64,000 nt of DNA from Lachnospiraceae bacterium (GCA_963594125.1 CAVBCV010000001.1:64746-128745), one strand, 5' to 3'. Numbered from the stretch's first letter, positions 1-10,963 are shown. Numbers and translations are program-made. Notes: a model not told the origin generated them from the letters alone.

Positions 1-44
1 TTGCCGAAAACGGTTGAAAGCGCATATATTGTTTTATTATCCAT
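1..44 (-). CDS. mnmE: Partial CDS at the window edge: N-terminus of tRNA modification GTPase MnmE/TrmE. The rest of the gene lies upstream of coordinate 1.
   Basis: Reverse complement of 1-44 reads ATG GAT AAT AAA ACA ATA TAT GCG CTT TCA ACC GTT TTC GGC AA = MDNKTIYALSTVFG. This matches the conserved MnmE N-terminus (xTIxAxxTxxG). The ORF runs off the window. Confidence 0.45.
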   Translation of the reverse strand, partial: MDNKTIYALSTVFG

Positions 45-216
45 TTTAACCTCGTTGTTATAATCAAAAAATACACCTGATATATTAAGATTTTATAAAA
101 TTTTGCGTTTAAGCGTCGTACAGCGCATTTTTATATTTTTTTAATAGTTATATTATAATGTTTGTTAAAAATCGTTCTGCGGGCTTTATACGAGCTCATC
201 AAAAAAGGATAAAAAA

Positions 217-885
217 ATGAAAAAACAGCTCATAATTTGGGATTTTGACGGGGTTATTGCCGATACGGAAAAACTTTGGCTTAAAAATCGGCAGCTTTTA
301 ATGAAAGAGGCTTTAGGTATTGATTGGGACTGGGATACTATTAATCATTATTTGCGCGGCACCGGAGATAAAACCAAACGAATTGTGCTTGATAATTTAG
401 GTATTAATACTGATGACGATTTTTGGGATAAAAGTATTGAGATGGATATTAACACCATGCACACTGAAGGCTTTGAGCTAACCGAAGGTATTGAAGATAT
501 TTTTAAGCTTCCGATTAAACAATGTATTGCAACCGGCGGCGTTCAAAATAAAACTATGGAAAAAATTCAAATTACTCATATAGAAAAATATTTTCCTAAA
601 GAAAAAGTTTTTACCATTGATATGGTTAAAAACGGTAAACCGGAGCCGGATTTGTTTTTACTCGCCGCTGAAAAAATGGGCGTAAAACCTGAAAATGCCG
701 TAGTTATTGAAGACTCAATCGCCGGATTGACCGGCGCTATAAAAGCAGGCTGTTTACCAATAGCATTTTTAGCTGGCGACCTTGAAAATGATAAACCCTA
801 TGCCGAAAAGGTAAAGAACATAGGCGTTAAATATATTTTTCATAATATGAAAGATGTAAAAAAGCTGATTAAAGAATTATTTTAG
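217..885 (+). CDS. HAD-superfamily hydrolase (phosphatase or beta-phosphoglucomutase-like).
   Basis: 222 aa. N-terminal motif I is IWDFDGVIADT (DxDGV). AGGA RBS upstream. Confidence 0.75.
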   Translation: MKKQLIIWDFDGVIADTEKLWLKNRQLLMKEALGIDWDWDTINHYLRGTGDKTKRIVLDNLGINTDDDFWDKSIEMDINTMHTEGFELTEGIEDIFKLPIKQCIATGGVQNKTMEKIQITHIEKYFPKEKVFTIDMVKNGKPEPDLFLLAAEKMGVKPENAVVIEDSIAGLTGAIKAGCLPIAFLAGDLENDKPYAEKVKNIGVKYIFHNMKDVKKLIKELF

Positions 886-1563
886 CCATAACGGATCAGT
901 AATATTGTTTTTCAAAAACTCTTCATGCTTTTGCAACTCTTCATCAGAAAGAGGAAAATTGCGCGGCTCATGATAAATACGCTCAGCATGCCCCTGCTCT
1001 GCTTTATGCTCTGAAACAGCCTCTGTTTCAAGTTTCATAGTTGGCTCAGCGCCTCCTAACAATTCCAAATAAACCTCTGAGAGCAACTCAGCGTCAAGCA
1101 AAGCGCCGTGCTTGGTACGGGCTGAGTTATCAATATTAAAGCGGCGGCACAAGGCGTCAAGGTTATTACGAGCTCCCGGGAATTTTCGGCGGGCAATCTC
1201 AAGCGTATCAATAACGCGGTCTTGCGGATAGGTCTGAAAACCTTTGTGCTTAAACTCATAATTAATAAAGTTAATATCAAATGAGGCGTTGTGAGCAACC
1301 AAAATACCGTCATCACCGACAAAATCTATAAAATCTTGGGCAATTTCAGCAACTTTAGGATAATTTTTCAAAAAATCATAGGTTAAGCCGTGAACTTTGA
1401 CAACTTCTTCCGGCACATCTCTTTCAGGGTTAATATACTGGTGATATGTACGACCGGTCGGAATGTGATTAATCAACTCAACCGCGCCGATTTCAACTAA
1501 TTTATCACCTTCTTGCGGGCTCAAACCGGTGGTTTCAGTATCAAAAACAATTTCTCTTAACAT
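877..1563 (-). CDS. dnaQ: DNA polymerase III epsilon subunit (3-prime to 5-prime proofreading exonuclease).
   Basis: 228 aa. Exo I motif IVFDTETTGL and a DnaQ-like DEDDh layout (HNASFD...). Adjacent to coaE, as in the conserved alphaproteobacterial coaE-dnaQ pair. Confidence 0.85.
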   Translation of the reverse strand: MLREIVFDTETTGLSPQEGDKLVEIGAVELINHIPTGRTYHQYINPERDVPEEVVKVHGLTYDFLKNYPKVAEIAQDFIDFVGDDGILVAHNASFDINFINYEFKHKGFQTYPQDRVIDTLEIARRKFPGARNNLDALCRRFNIDNSARTKHGALLDAELLSEVYLELLGGAEPTMKLETEAVSEHKAEQGHAERIYHEPRNFPLSDEELQKHEEFLKNNITDPLWLK

Positions 1564-2147
1564 TTTATTTCCATTTCATTAATTATCGCGGCAAGCTCGG
1601 CTTTTAATATATTGATTGGTCTGTCGGTATTAACGGCATAATCTGATAAAGCAATGCGCTCATCATTGCTCATTTGCACGGAGTTAATTTTATCAAAATC
1701 AGCGGCTGATATATTATCACGAATCATAACTCTTTGTTTTTGCACACTATATGGTACATCAGCTACAATAATTTTAGTACAATATTTTTCCCAGCCCATT
1801 TCAAATAATAAAGCAACATCAACAAATATAACCTCTTCACCACAGCGAGCGGCTTTATTAATAACCGATAAAAATTTTTGCTTCAAAAAAGGATGAGTTA
1901 ATTCTTCAAGTTTTTTAAGTTTATTTCTATCATCAAATACCATTGTGCGTAATTTGCGTTTATTGAAAACTCCGTTTTGCCAGGTTTCAGGATAATGTCT
2001 TTTGATAAGCTGTAAAAAATTGTCATCATAATAAAGTTGACGACACCATTTATCAACATCGTAAACAATATATCCTAATTTACGAATGATACCGGCGATA
2101 GTGGTTTTTCCGCACCCGATTGAACCTGTTATAGCAACTATTTGCAT
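1557..2147 (-). CDS. coaE: Dephospho-CoA kinase.
   Basis: P-loop IVAITGSIGCGKTT at the N-terminus. Start trimmed to the internal Met (MQIVAITG), which has an AAGG RBS. The ORF-track start at 2195 adds 16 residues with no RBS. Confidence 0.8.
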   Translation of the reverse strand: MQIVAITGSIGCGKTTIAGIIRKLGYIVYDVDKWCRQLYYDDNFLQLIKRHYPETWQNGVFNKRKLRTMVFDDRNKLKKLEELTHPFLKQKFLSVINKAARCGEEVIFVDVALLFEMGWEKYCTKIIVADVPYSVQKQRVMIRDNISAADFDKINSVQMSNDERIALSDYAVNTDRPINILKAELAAIINEMEIKC

Positions 2148-2429
2148 AAATTTAACCTTATTTGAATAAGTTATGACAGTTATACACAAAATCACAACTG
2201 ATTGTGCATAACTTTAGCTCTTAAACGAAAGTATATATTTTTATAAAGATAATTAAAAACATTTAACAACATTTATTAACATCTAAAATAAAATTAAACA
2301 CAGCTGTTCATTTTGTGTAAAACTCAATTTATTAACAACTTGTTAATTTTTACTAAGTGATTGAATCAAAAAATCATTAATAATTTATTAAGAAAGTTAT
2401 TAACAGATTGTTAAACTTTTGGATAGGTT

Positions 2430-2438
2430 TGTGGATAA
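2430..2438 (-). promoter_or_regulatory. Perfect consensus DnaA box (TTATCCACA on the minus strand).
   Basis: Exact 9-mer match. Confidence 0.6.
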
Positions 2439-2514
2439 AAAGTTATCCCCAATAATCGCAGGGATAAATAACAAATACTATAATTTTTAAAATTTTAAAT
2501 TGGGGCAAGGGGTT

Positions 2515-2523
2515 TGTGGATAA
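2515..2523 (-). promoter_or_regulatory. Perfect consensus DnaA box (TTATCCACA on the minus strand).
   Basis: Exact 9-mer match, 85 bp from the first box. Confidence 0.6.
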
Positions 2524-2625
2524 ATGCGGCTAAAAAGAAATTGACTTTTATAACCTTGTTTATTATATATATAAGCAGTTACGTTCGTAACTTCAAGGTT
2601 CTAATTTCAAACAAAAAAGGTTTAT

Positions 2626-3879
2626 ATGCATTTAAAGGAATTAAAAGATAAATCTCCGCAGGAGTTGCTTACATGGGCGGAAGATTTAGGAGTTGAAGAC
2701 GCATCTTCTATGCGTGTTCAAGATTTGGTTTTTGCCATTATGAAAAAAGTTGCTTCAGAAGACAATGTTATATATGGCGATGGTGTGATTGAGGTTTTGC
2801 AAGACGGATTTGGATTTTTACGCTCATCAAAATCTAACTATTTGGCAAGTCCTGATGATATTTATGTTTCACCGGCACAAGTTAAAAAATTTGGTTTAAG
2901 AACTGGCGATACAGTTGAAGGCGAAATCAGAGCGCCTAAAGATAACGAGCGTTATTTTGCGTTAACCAAAATTAATACTATTAACTATGAAGACCCTGAA
3001 AAATCAAAGTTAAGAGTTAATTTTGATAACTTAACTCCTTTATATCCGACTAAAAAACTTAATTTTGATATTATCTGCGGCGAAAAAGATTATACCACCC
3101 GCGTTATTGACTTAATTGCTCCGCAAGGTAAAGGGCAACGCGGACTTATTGTTGCTCCGCCGCGTACCGGTAAAACAGTTATGCTGCAAAATATTGCGCA
3201 CGCTATTGCCGTTAATCACCCGGAAGTTTATTTGATGGTGCTGTTGATTGACGAACGTCCGGAAGAGGTTACCGATATGACGCGTTCAGTTAAAGGCGAG
3301 GTTATTTCATCAACCTTTGACGAACCGGCAACGCGGCATGTTCAAGTAGCCGAGCTAGTTATTGAAAAGGCTAAGCGTTTGGTTGAAACTAAAAAAGATG
3401 TGGTGATTTTGCTTGACTCTATCACCCGTTTGGGACGCGCCTATAACGCGGTTGTTCCGTCATCGGGTAAAGTTTTAACCGGTGGTGTTGACGCTAATGC
3501 TTTACAACGTCCGAAACGCTTGCTTGGTGCCGCTCGTAATGTGGAAGAGGGCGGATCGCTTACGATTATCGCCACGGCGTTGATTGATACCGGCTCACGT
3601 ATGGACGAAGTTATTTTTGAAGAATTCAAAGGTACCGGTAACTCTGAGATTATTCTTGACCGCAAGCTTACCGATAAGCGCTTATTCCCGACTATTGATA
3701 TTACTCGTTCGGGAACGCGTAAAGAAGAGCTACTTGTTGATAAAACGACGCTTTCAAAAATGTGGGTTCTGCGCCGCGTGTTAATGCAAATGGGTATGAC
3801 CGACGGTATGGAATTTTTACTTGATAAGCTTAGAATGTCAAAAGATAATCAGGACTTCTTTAATAATATGAATAGTTAA
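2626..3879 (+). CDS. rho: Transcription termination factor Rho.
   Basis: 417 aa. N-terminal RNA-binding domain, Walker [13 protein letters not shown], and full-length collinearity with Rho. Confidence 0.95.
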   Translation: MHLKELKDKSPQELLTWAEDLGVEDASSMRVQDLVFAIMKKVASEDNVIYGDGVIEVLQDGFGFLRSSKSNYLASPDDIYVSPAQVKKFGLRTGDTVEGEIRAPKDNERYFALTKINTINYEDPEKSKLRVNFDNLTPLYPTKKLNFDIICGEKDYTTRVIDLIAPQGKGQRGLIVAPPRTGKTVMLQNIAHAIAVNHPEVYLMVLLIDERPEEVTDMTRSVKGEVISSTFDEPATRHVQVAELVIEKAKRLVETKKDVVILLDSITRLGRAYNAVVPSSGKVLTGGVDANALQRPKRLLGAARNVEEGGSLTIIATALIDTGSRMDEVIFEEFKGTGNSEIILDRKLTDKRLFPTIDITRSGTRKEELLVDKTTLSKMWVLRRVLMQMGMTDGMEFLLDKLRMSKDNQDFFNNMNS

Positions 3880-3886
3880 AAACTAA

Positions 3887-3919
3887 CTCCTGCTTGTTTG
3901 AAAACGAGCAGGAGTTTTT
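3887..3919 (+). terminator. Rho-independent terminator after rho. It is bidirectional and also serves the convergent response-regulator gene.
   Basis: Stem CTCCTGCTTG/CGAGCAGGAG with an 8-nt loop, followed by TTTTT. An A-run on the other side provides the T-tract for the minus strand. Confidence 0.7.
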
Positions 3920-3931
3920 CTATCTACAAAA

Positions 3932-4561
3932 TTAAATAAGCCCCATTTTTTGAGCTGTTATAACCGCTTGGGTGCGGTTAGTTACATTTAGCGAGCGCAA
4001 AAGAGCGTTAATATGTAGTTTAACCGTTGCTTCAGACACGCCCATTTCATAAGCAATTTGTTTGTTGGATTTTCCTTCGGCGATTAAATCAAGCACTTGG
4101 GACTGCCGGTGAGTTAAACTTTTGATACTTACTTTATAATGAGGAGTGTAAAGACCTTCATTATCGGTTTTACTTAAAGCGGAAGGAATATAACTGCCGC
4201 CGTTTAAAATGTTTTTGAGCGCTTGTTTAATAGTTTTACTCTCAGAGCGCTTTAGAATAAATCCTTTGATGTTTTTATCTAAAATTTTGCGGATTTTACG
4301 AATATCTTCACATGCTGAAAGACCGATTATCTTAATATCCGGGGCTTTTTGCTCTAAAAACTTTATACCTTCTTCCCATTTTACGTCTGACATATCTAAG
4401 TCAAGAATAATAAAATCTATTGAGCTTTCTTCATAAATTATTTTTACAGCTTGCGAAAAGTTAGAGGCTTGAATAATAATCGTATCAGGAAATTGTTGTT
4501 CTAAATCAAGCGCAAGGCGGTCGCGGTATAACGGATGGTCATCGGCAATCAAAATTTTCAT
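3932..4561 (-). CDS. NarL/FixJ-family response regulator (REC domain plus LuxR-type HTH).
   Basis: 209 aa. The receiver N-terminus is KILIADDHPLYRD with the conserved Asp in FIILDLDMSD. The C-terminal HTH is QSQVLDLIAEGKSNKQIAYEMGVSEATVKLH. No adjacent histidine kinase. Confidence 0.8.
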   Translation of the reverse strand: MKILIADDHPLYRDRLALDLEQQFPDTIIIQASNFSQAVKIIYEESSIDFIILDLDMSDVKWEEGIKFLEQKAPDIKIIGLSACEDIRKIRKILDKNIKGFILKRSESKTIKQALKNILNGGSYIPSALSKTDNEGLYTPHYKVSIKSLTHRQSQVLDLIAEGKSNKQIAYEMGVSEATVKLHINALLRSLNVTNRTQAVITAQKMGLI

Positions 4562-4688
4562 GATAAAATTCTCCTTAAATTATGCAGATACGCAGCTTTG
4601 ATTGCAAATATAGTCTTAACTGCAATCATTTAAAGTGTATTTATCTAAAAAATGTGATAGTTGTATTTTTTAGAAATATCCGATAGTT

Positions 4689-5141
4689 CTAAAGTTCAAT
4701 ATATTCAATACCGGCTTCTTTGAACATCTGGGCGGAATATTCAAGTTTATCGCGCCATGTGCCTTTAGGTGAATTTTCATCAATGATAATTTTGTTGGTG
4801 ATAACCATTTTAATACCGGCTTGAATTATTGCTCTGGCGCAATCAGTACACGGAGCGTGCGTTGCGTATAAAACGCAGCCTTTTAATGATGTTCCGGTCA
4901 AGCAGGCGTTGTAAATTGCGTTTCGCTCTGCGTGTTCAAAAAAATCGTATTTAGTGGGGCGTTCCATGCGTTCTGATATGTTATCATCAACGCCTCGTAC
5001 CAAACCGTTATAGCCTGTTGCCCTGATTTCGCGGTCAGGACCAACTACTACAGCGCCGGTTTTGGTTGAAGGGTCTTTTGACCATGAAGCAACCAAAAAA
5101 GCAAGTTCCATAAAACGATGATGCCATTTATCTGAAAACAT
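4689..5141 (-). CDS. dCMP deaminase, or a cytidine/deoxycytidylate deaminase-family enzyme.
   Basis: 150 aa. Zinc motifs HAERNAI and PCTDCARAI (the CMP/dCMP deaminase signature HxE ... PCxxC). Confidence 0.8.
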   Translation of the reverse strand: MFSDKWHHRFMELAFLVASWSKDPSTKTGAVVVGPDREIRATGYNGLVRGVDDNISERMERPTKYDFFEHAERNAIYNACLTGTSLKGCVLYATHAPCTDCARAIIQAGIKMVITNKIIIDENSPKGTWRDKLEYSAQMFKEAGIEYIEL

Positions 5142-5287
5142 AAAACTTCTCCGTTAAAACATATACATAATACTTTTATAATCTTAATAAAAAACTAATT
5201 TCACGCTAAAATGTTGTAAAACAAAACAGGTTGCTCTTGACAACGGCTTAAAAATACCCCAATTTAACAGCAGTGATTTTTATTTAA

Positions 5288-6580
<1,293 letters not shown>

Positions 6581-6607
6581 TTTTTTGATATAGTTTGATG
6601 ATTGTTA

Positions 6608-6643
6608 ATTATCCGGAGCTTAATGGCTCCGGATAATTTTTTT
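6608..6643 (+). terminator. Rho-independent terminator after eno.
   Basis: TTATCCGGAGC / GCTCCGGATAA stem with loop TTAAT, followed by a T7 run. Confidence 0.8.
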
Positions 6644-6723
6644 AAGCATATCTGTTAAAAATAAGTTGAGAAAAATAAAAGATGTTTTTATACTTTACCT
6701 AAATTCAAAAAGCCGGTGAAAAA

Positions 6724-9700
6724 ATGCAAAATCCTAAGTTTATACATCTGCGCGTACACACCGCGTATTCATTATCAGAAGGCGCTATTAAAATTGGCGA
6801 TCTTATCCATTATTTGCATCAAAAAAATATTCCGGCGATTGCAGTAACTGACAGCGGCAATATGTTTGGCGGCAAGGCTTTTTCAAAATATGCCTCGGAA
6901 GAAGGGGTTAAGCCGATTTTGGGTTGCACATTTTTTATGCGCAATCCTGACGCTGATGATTTGCTGCGCACCAAAGGCAAAGCGGTTGAACGTGATAAGC
7001 TGATTTTACTTGTGATGAACTCTACCGGCTATGAAAACATCATGAAGTTAATGAAGCTGTTTTATTTGGATAATACCGCGAACGGTGACGATCCGCAGCT
7101 TAAATATTCAGACTTGGAACAATATAACGAAGGGTTAATAGCTTTAACCGGCGGCGTTGATGGAGCAATCGGGCGCTTGTTGTTGGAAAACCGCGCGGAA
7201 GAAGCTGAACAAATGGTGCAAAAGCTACAAGGAATTTTCGGTGAGCGCTTGTATATGGAAATTTCGCGAATCGGCTTAGATACTGAACAAAAGACCGAAC
7301 AAAACTTTATTGATTTTGCCTATAAATATAATATTCCGCTGGTTGCCACTAATGAGGTTTTCTTTTTTGACCAGAGTATGTATGAGGCTCATGATGCCTT
7401 AATTTGTATTGCGGCTGGTGAGGTGTTGGCAAATGATAAGCGTAAACATTTTTCACCCAACAACCGGTTACGGTCTGAAGAAGAAATGGTGGAATTGTTT
7501 AAAGATTTACCGGAAGCGGTGGAAAATACGGTAAAAATTGCGCAGAAATGCAATTATCTTTCCACTAAAGTTAAGCCGTTGTTACCTATCTTTGAATGTC
7601 CGGATGGTAAAACTCAAGATGAATATATTACGGAAGAAGCTCATAAAGGCTTAGCCGAACGCATGAAAAAACATGTTTATTTTGAGGGGATGACCGATGA
7701 GCAGAAAGCCGAAATTGATAAGAAATATTATGACCGTTTGGAATATGAATTAAGCGTTATTAAACGCATGGGCTTTCCGGGCTATTTTTTAATCGTGTCG
7801 GATTTTATCAGGTGGTCAAAAACACACGGAGTTCCGGTTGGACCGGGGCGTGGTTCCGGCGCCGGTTCAATAGTGGCGTGGTCGCTTAAAATTACCGAAC
7901 TTGACCCGATAAAACTTGATTTGTTGTTTGAACGATTTTTAAATCCGGATCGTGTAAATATGCCGGATTTTGACGTTGACTTCTGTCAGGAAAACCGGTT
8001 TAAGACTATTGAATATGTGCAAAATAAATACGGGTTTGACCACGTGGCGCAAATTATTACTTATGGTAAATTGCAATCAAAGGCGGTTATCAGAGATGTG
8101 GCGCGCGTTTTGCAAATGCCTTATACGCAAGCGGATAAAATTTCAAAAATGATACCGAATCCGGTGCAAGGTAAAAACGTTTCGCTGCAGGAAGCGCTTG
8201 ATCAGGTGCCGGAACTGGAAGAAATGCGTCAGCATGATCCGCAAGTTAACAAGCTTTTTGATATTGCCATGAAGTTGGAAGGTTTGTACCGCCATTCCGG
8301 CGTGCATGCCGCCGGTGTGGTTATCGGCGACCGTCCGCTTGACCAACTTGTTCCGCTTTATAAAGATCCTAAGGCAGATATGCCGGTTACACAATATGAT
8401 ATGAAATACGTTGAAGAAACCGGTTTGATTAAATTTGACTTTTTGGGCTTAAAAACTTTAACCGTGATTAAAAAGGCGGTGGACTGGATTAAAAAGGTTA
8501 AAGGTATAGATTTAGATATGGATTCCATACCTTTGGATGATAAGCCGACTTATGAAATGATGCAACGCGGCGATACGGCGGCGGTGTTTCAATTTGAATC
8601 GGCGGGTATGAAAGACGTTCACAAGCAAATAAAACCTGACCGTTTTGAAGATTTAATCGCGATTGTGTCGCTTTATCGTCCGGGACCGATGGATAATATT
8701 CCGACTTATATTAAGCGTAAGCATGGTGAGGAAGAAATTACTTATTTGCACCCAAGCTTGGCGCCTATCTTAGATGAAACATATGGAATTATGGTTTATC
8801 AGGAGCAGGTTATGAATATTGCCCGCGCGCTTGGCGGATATACCATGGGCGAGGCGGATAAACTGCGTAAAGTTATGGGTAAAAAACAGCGCGAGGAAAT
8901 TCCGAAGCAACGTGAAAAATTTACAAAAGGCGCTATTGCGAACGGAATTAGCGAAGATGTTGCTAAAAGTATTTTTGATCAAATGGAAAAATTTGCCTCG
9001 TACGGCTTTAACAAGTCGCACGCGGCGGCATATTCGCTGATTTCATATCAGACGGCATATCTTAAAGCGCATTATCCGGTTGAATTTATGTGCGCGGTGA
9101 TGGATTTGGATATTATCAATACTGATAAATTGGCGTTTTTTGTGGCGGAGTGCCGCTCAACCGGTATGGAAATTTTAAAGCCGGATATTAATTTGTCAGG
9201 CGCCGATTTTAGGGTTGAAGATAATAAAATTCGTTATGCTTTGGGCGCAATTAAAGGGGTTGGCTCGTCATATATGCAGGGAATTGTGGCTGAGCGTGAA
9301 AAGAACGGACCATTTAAGAGTATATCTGATTTTTGCCATAGAGTTGATATTAAAAATGTTAACCGCAAACAAATGTATCAGTTGGTTAAGGCCGGCGCGT
9401 TTGATTGTTTGGAAAAAAACAGAGCCATGCTTTGTGAAAATGTTGATGTTATGGTCAGCAATATTTTTGCCTCGTCTGAAACTAAAAAAAGCGAGCAACA
9501 ATCTTTATTCGGCTCAGAAGAATTATGCAGTAAAATTAAGCTTAAAGAAATTCCTGATTGGCCGAATTTGGAAAAACTGCGTCATGAGGCGGAGGCTATC
9601 GGTTTTTATTTATCGGCTCACCCGCTTGATATTTATGCTGAAAGCGCTAAAAAGTTAGGCGTTAAAAGCTGTACCGATGTTATGCGTAATTTGAAAGCCG

Positions 9701-10197
9701 GCGATAGTATTAAAGCCAATATTGCAGTTTGTGTAGAAAGCTTCCGCAAGCGTATTGGAAAATCAGGCAAACCGTATGCTTTTGTTGGTTTTTCAGATGC
9801 TTCCGGCACCATAGAGGCGTTTTTATTTGCTGATGGTTTTGCAAAATATGAAAATATTTTGGCTTCAGATGATCCGGTTTTGGTTAAAATTACTATTGAT
9901 AAGCAAACAGAAGACATGGCGCCGCGGGTTATGATAAATTCAGTTAAAAAACTTGATGAAGCTATTACTGAACAAGCAAAAGGTTTGATTATTACCGTTA
10001 CTGATGTCAGCGCGGTCAGACAATTAAGAGAAATTTTGCAAAATGATAGAAAGGGAGCAAATAAAATATATATTATACCCGATATTCCTGATTGGGATTT
10101 AAGGTTTGAGCTTCCGGATGGTTATGCCTTTTATGATACGGCAATTATTACTAAAATCAGAAGTATTGCCGGTGTCAGCGATGTTAAGGAGATATAA
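6724..10197 (+). CDS. dnaE: DNA polymerase III alpha subunit.
   Basis: 1157 aa. PHP domain at the N-terminus (HLRVHTAYS), the polymerase core motif GPGRGSGAGS, and a C-terminal OB fold. Confidence 0.95.
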   Translation: MQNPKFIHLRVHTAYSLSEGAIKIGDLIHYLHQKNIPAIAVTDSGNMFGGKAFSKYASEEGVKPILGCTFFMRNPDADDLLRTKGKAVERDKLILLVMNSTGYENIMKLMKLFYLDNTANGDDPQLKYSDLEQYNEGLIALTGGVDGAIGRLLLENRAEEAEQMVQKLQGIFGERLYMEISRIGLDTEQKTEQNFIDFAYKYNIPLVATNEVFFFDQSMYEAHDALICIAAGEVLANDKRKHFSPNNRLRSEEEMVELFKDLPEAVENTVKIAQKCNYLSTKVKPLLPIFECPDGKTQDEYITEEAHKGLAERMKKHVYFEGMTDEQKAEIDKKYYDRLEYELSVIKRMGFPGYFLIVSDFIRWSKTHGVPVGPGRGSGAGSIVAWSLKITELDPIKLDLLFERFLNPDRVNMPDFDVDFCQENRFKTIEYVQNKYGFDHVAQIITYGKLQSKAVIRDVARVLQMPYTQADKISKMIPNPVQGKNVSLQEALDQVPELEEMRQHDPQVNKLFDIAMKLEGLYRHSGVHAAGVVIGDRPLDQLVPLYKDPKADMPVTQYDMKYVEETGLIKFDFLGLKTLTVIKKAVDWIKKVKGIDLDMDSIPLDDKPTYEMMQRGDTAAVFQFESAGMKDVHKQIKPDRFEDLIAIVSLYRPGPMDNIPTYIKRKHGEEEITYLHPSLAPILDETYGIMVYQEQVMNIARALGGYTMGEADKLRKVMGKKQREEIPKQREKFTKGAIANGISEDVAKSIFDQMEKFASYGFNKSHAAAYSLISYQTAYLKAHYPVEFMCAVMDLDIINTDKLAFFVAECRSTGMEILKPDINLSGADFRVEDNKIRYALGAIKGVGSSYMQGIVAEREKNGPFKSISDFCHRVDIKNVNRKQMYQLVKAGAFDCLEKNRAMLCENVDVMVSNIFASSETKKSEQQSLFGSEELCSKIKLKEIPDWPNLEKLRHEAEAIGFYLSAHPLDIYAESAKKLGVKSCTDVMRNLKAGDSIKANIAVCVESFRKRIGKSGKPYAFVGFSDASGTIEAFLFADGFAKYENILASDDPVLVKITIDKQTEDMAPRVMINSVKKLDEAITEQAKGLIITVTDVSAVRQLREILQNDRKGANKIYIIPDIPDWDLRFELPDGYAFYDTAIITKIRSIAGVSDVKEI

Positions 10198-10199
10198 AA

Positions 10200-10963
10200 T
10201 GGCAAACAGCACATATTCATTGTTTAAGGGAATTATAAATCCTTTATGGACTATATCAGAAAAATTACCTGATTTTGTTAAAATTTCAGGCGCGTTTGCG
10301 TTAGCTTTAACAGTGCTATCGTATGTTTTCGGTCAGACTTATGTGTGTGTGTTTACTGATGATACTAATATTTCTTTACCATGTTTTGGGCGCTCTTTTG
10401 TATATTTTCCGTATTTGATAATAAAACTTTTGGTAATAAATATATTTATAATTTTTTGGCTTAAAAAAGTGTTGCTTAATCAGCCGCTTAATAAAAATAT
10501 GGCGGCAAAGAGCGTGGGATTGTTCTTTTTGTTTATTATCCTTAATTTAATGCCGATTGTTTCAGCCTTTTTGATATTGACTCGCGTGCCTAATCCGGTA
10601 TGGCAGATTGAGCTTTTGTACTTTTTTGTTGTGTCGCTCGGTTTTTGGGTTCCATTTGTTTTAATGCGATTTTATGCCGTTTTTATCGGAGTTTTATCAG
10701 AAAATAAGCAAAAAATGATAAAAACGGTTTGGCAAAATACCGGCGGGTATAGCACTAAAATTGTTACTTCCGGCATAATTGTTTATATGATATGCCTTTT
10801 GAGCGTTATCAGCTTAAATTCGGTTATTTACAGGTTGTCAGGCGCGTTGCCGTTGCAAATTTATAATTTAGTTGCGGAAATACTTTTTAACTGGATGATT
10901 TTGTTTGTGGTAACGCTGATTGTAAACTTTATGAATTATCAAAAGCAGATGTTTTTAAAATAG
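10200..10963 (+). CDS. Hypothetical polytopic membrane protein.
   Basis: Start reset to the ATG at 10200 (MANSTYSLFKG), which has a strong AAGGAG RBS directly after the dnaE stop. The ORF-track start at 10106 overlaps dnaE. There are at least 6 hydrophobic helices. Confidence 0.6.

Larger units (their letters stand above)
2196..2625. promoter_or_regulatory. AT-rich coaE-rho intergenic region with clustered DnaA boxes and CtrA-type TTAA-N7-TTAA motifs. Candidate chromosomal replication origin, or a DnaA/CtrA-regulated rho promoter region.
   Basis: TGTGGATAA, the reverse complement of TTATCCACA, occurs at 2430-2438 and 2515-2523. TTATCCCCA is at 2444-2452. TTAA-N7-TTAA occurs at 2332-2346, 2377-2391 and 2400-2414. 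Gene orientation switches at this point. Confidence 0.5.

Noticed and set aside
1056-1322. The 88-aa minus-strand ORF inside dnaQ. Similar nested or antisense ORFs appear at 1654-1896, 3441-3665, 3584-3784, 4209-4436, 7970-8152, 8143-8394, 8770-9040, 9215-9917, 11484-11780, 11996-12568, 14126-14455, 15683-15925, 18104-18400, 18834-19160, 19482-19854 (plus), 20049-20324, 23258-23452, 23844-25196, 25500-26141, 26555-26761, 27374-27634, 28438-28665, 29697-30048, 30572-31057, 32184-32849, 33593-33802, 34613-34880, 35864-36514, 37923-38336, 39112-40003, 40390-40611, 41161-42098, 42998-43268, 44220-44573, 45250-45682, 46365-48216, 49642-50991, 51336-53487, 53896-54500, 54586-55002 (plus), 54783-54974, 55308-55596, 56887-57568, 59204-59429, 60223-60975, 61584-62524 and 63557-63745.
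   Set aside because: All lie inside, and in a different frame or strand from, long well-supported genes. They have low-complexity or odd composition, no RBS and no motif. They are typical shadow ORFs.
10106-10199. The upstream extension of the membrane-protein ORF in the track, starting at 10106.
   Set aside because: It overlaps the dnaE C-terminus in another frame. The ATG at 10200 has a perfect AAGGAG RBS right after the dnaE stop, so that start is preferred.
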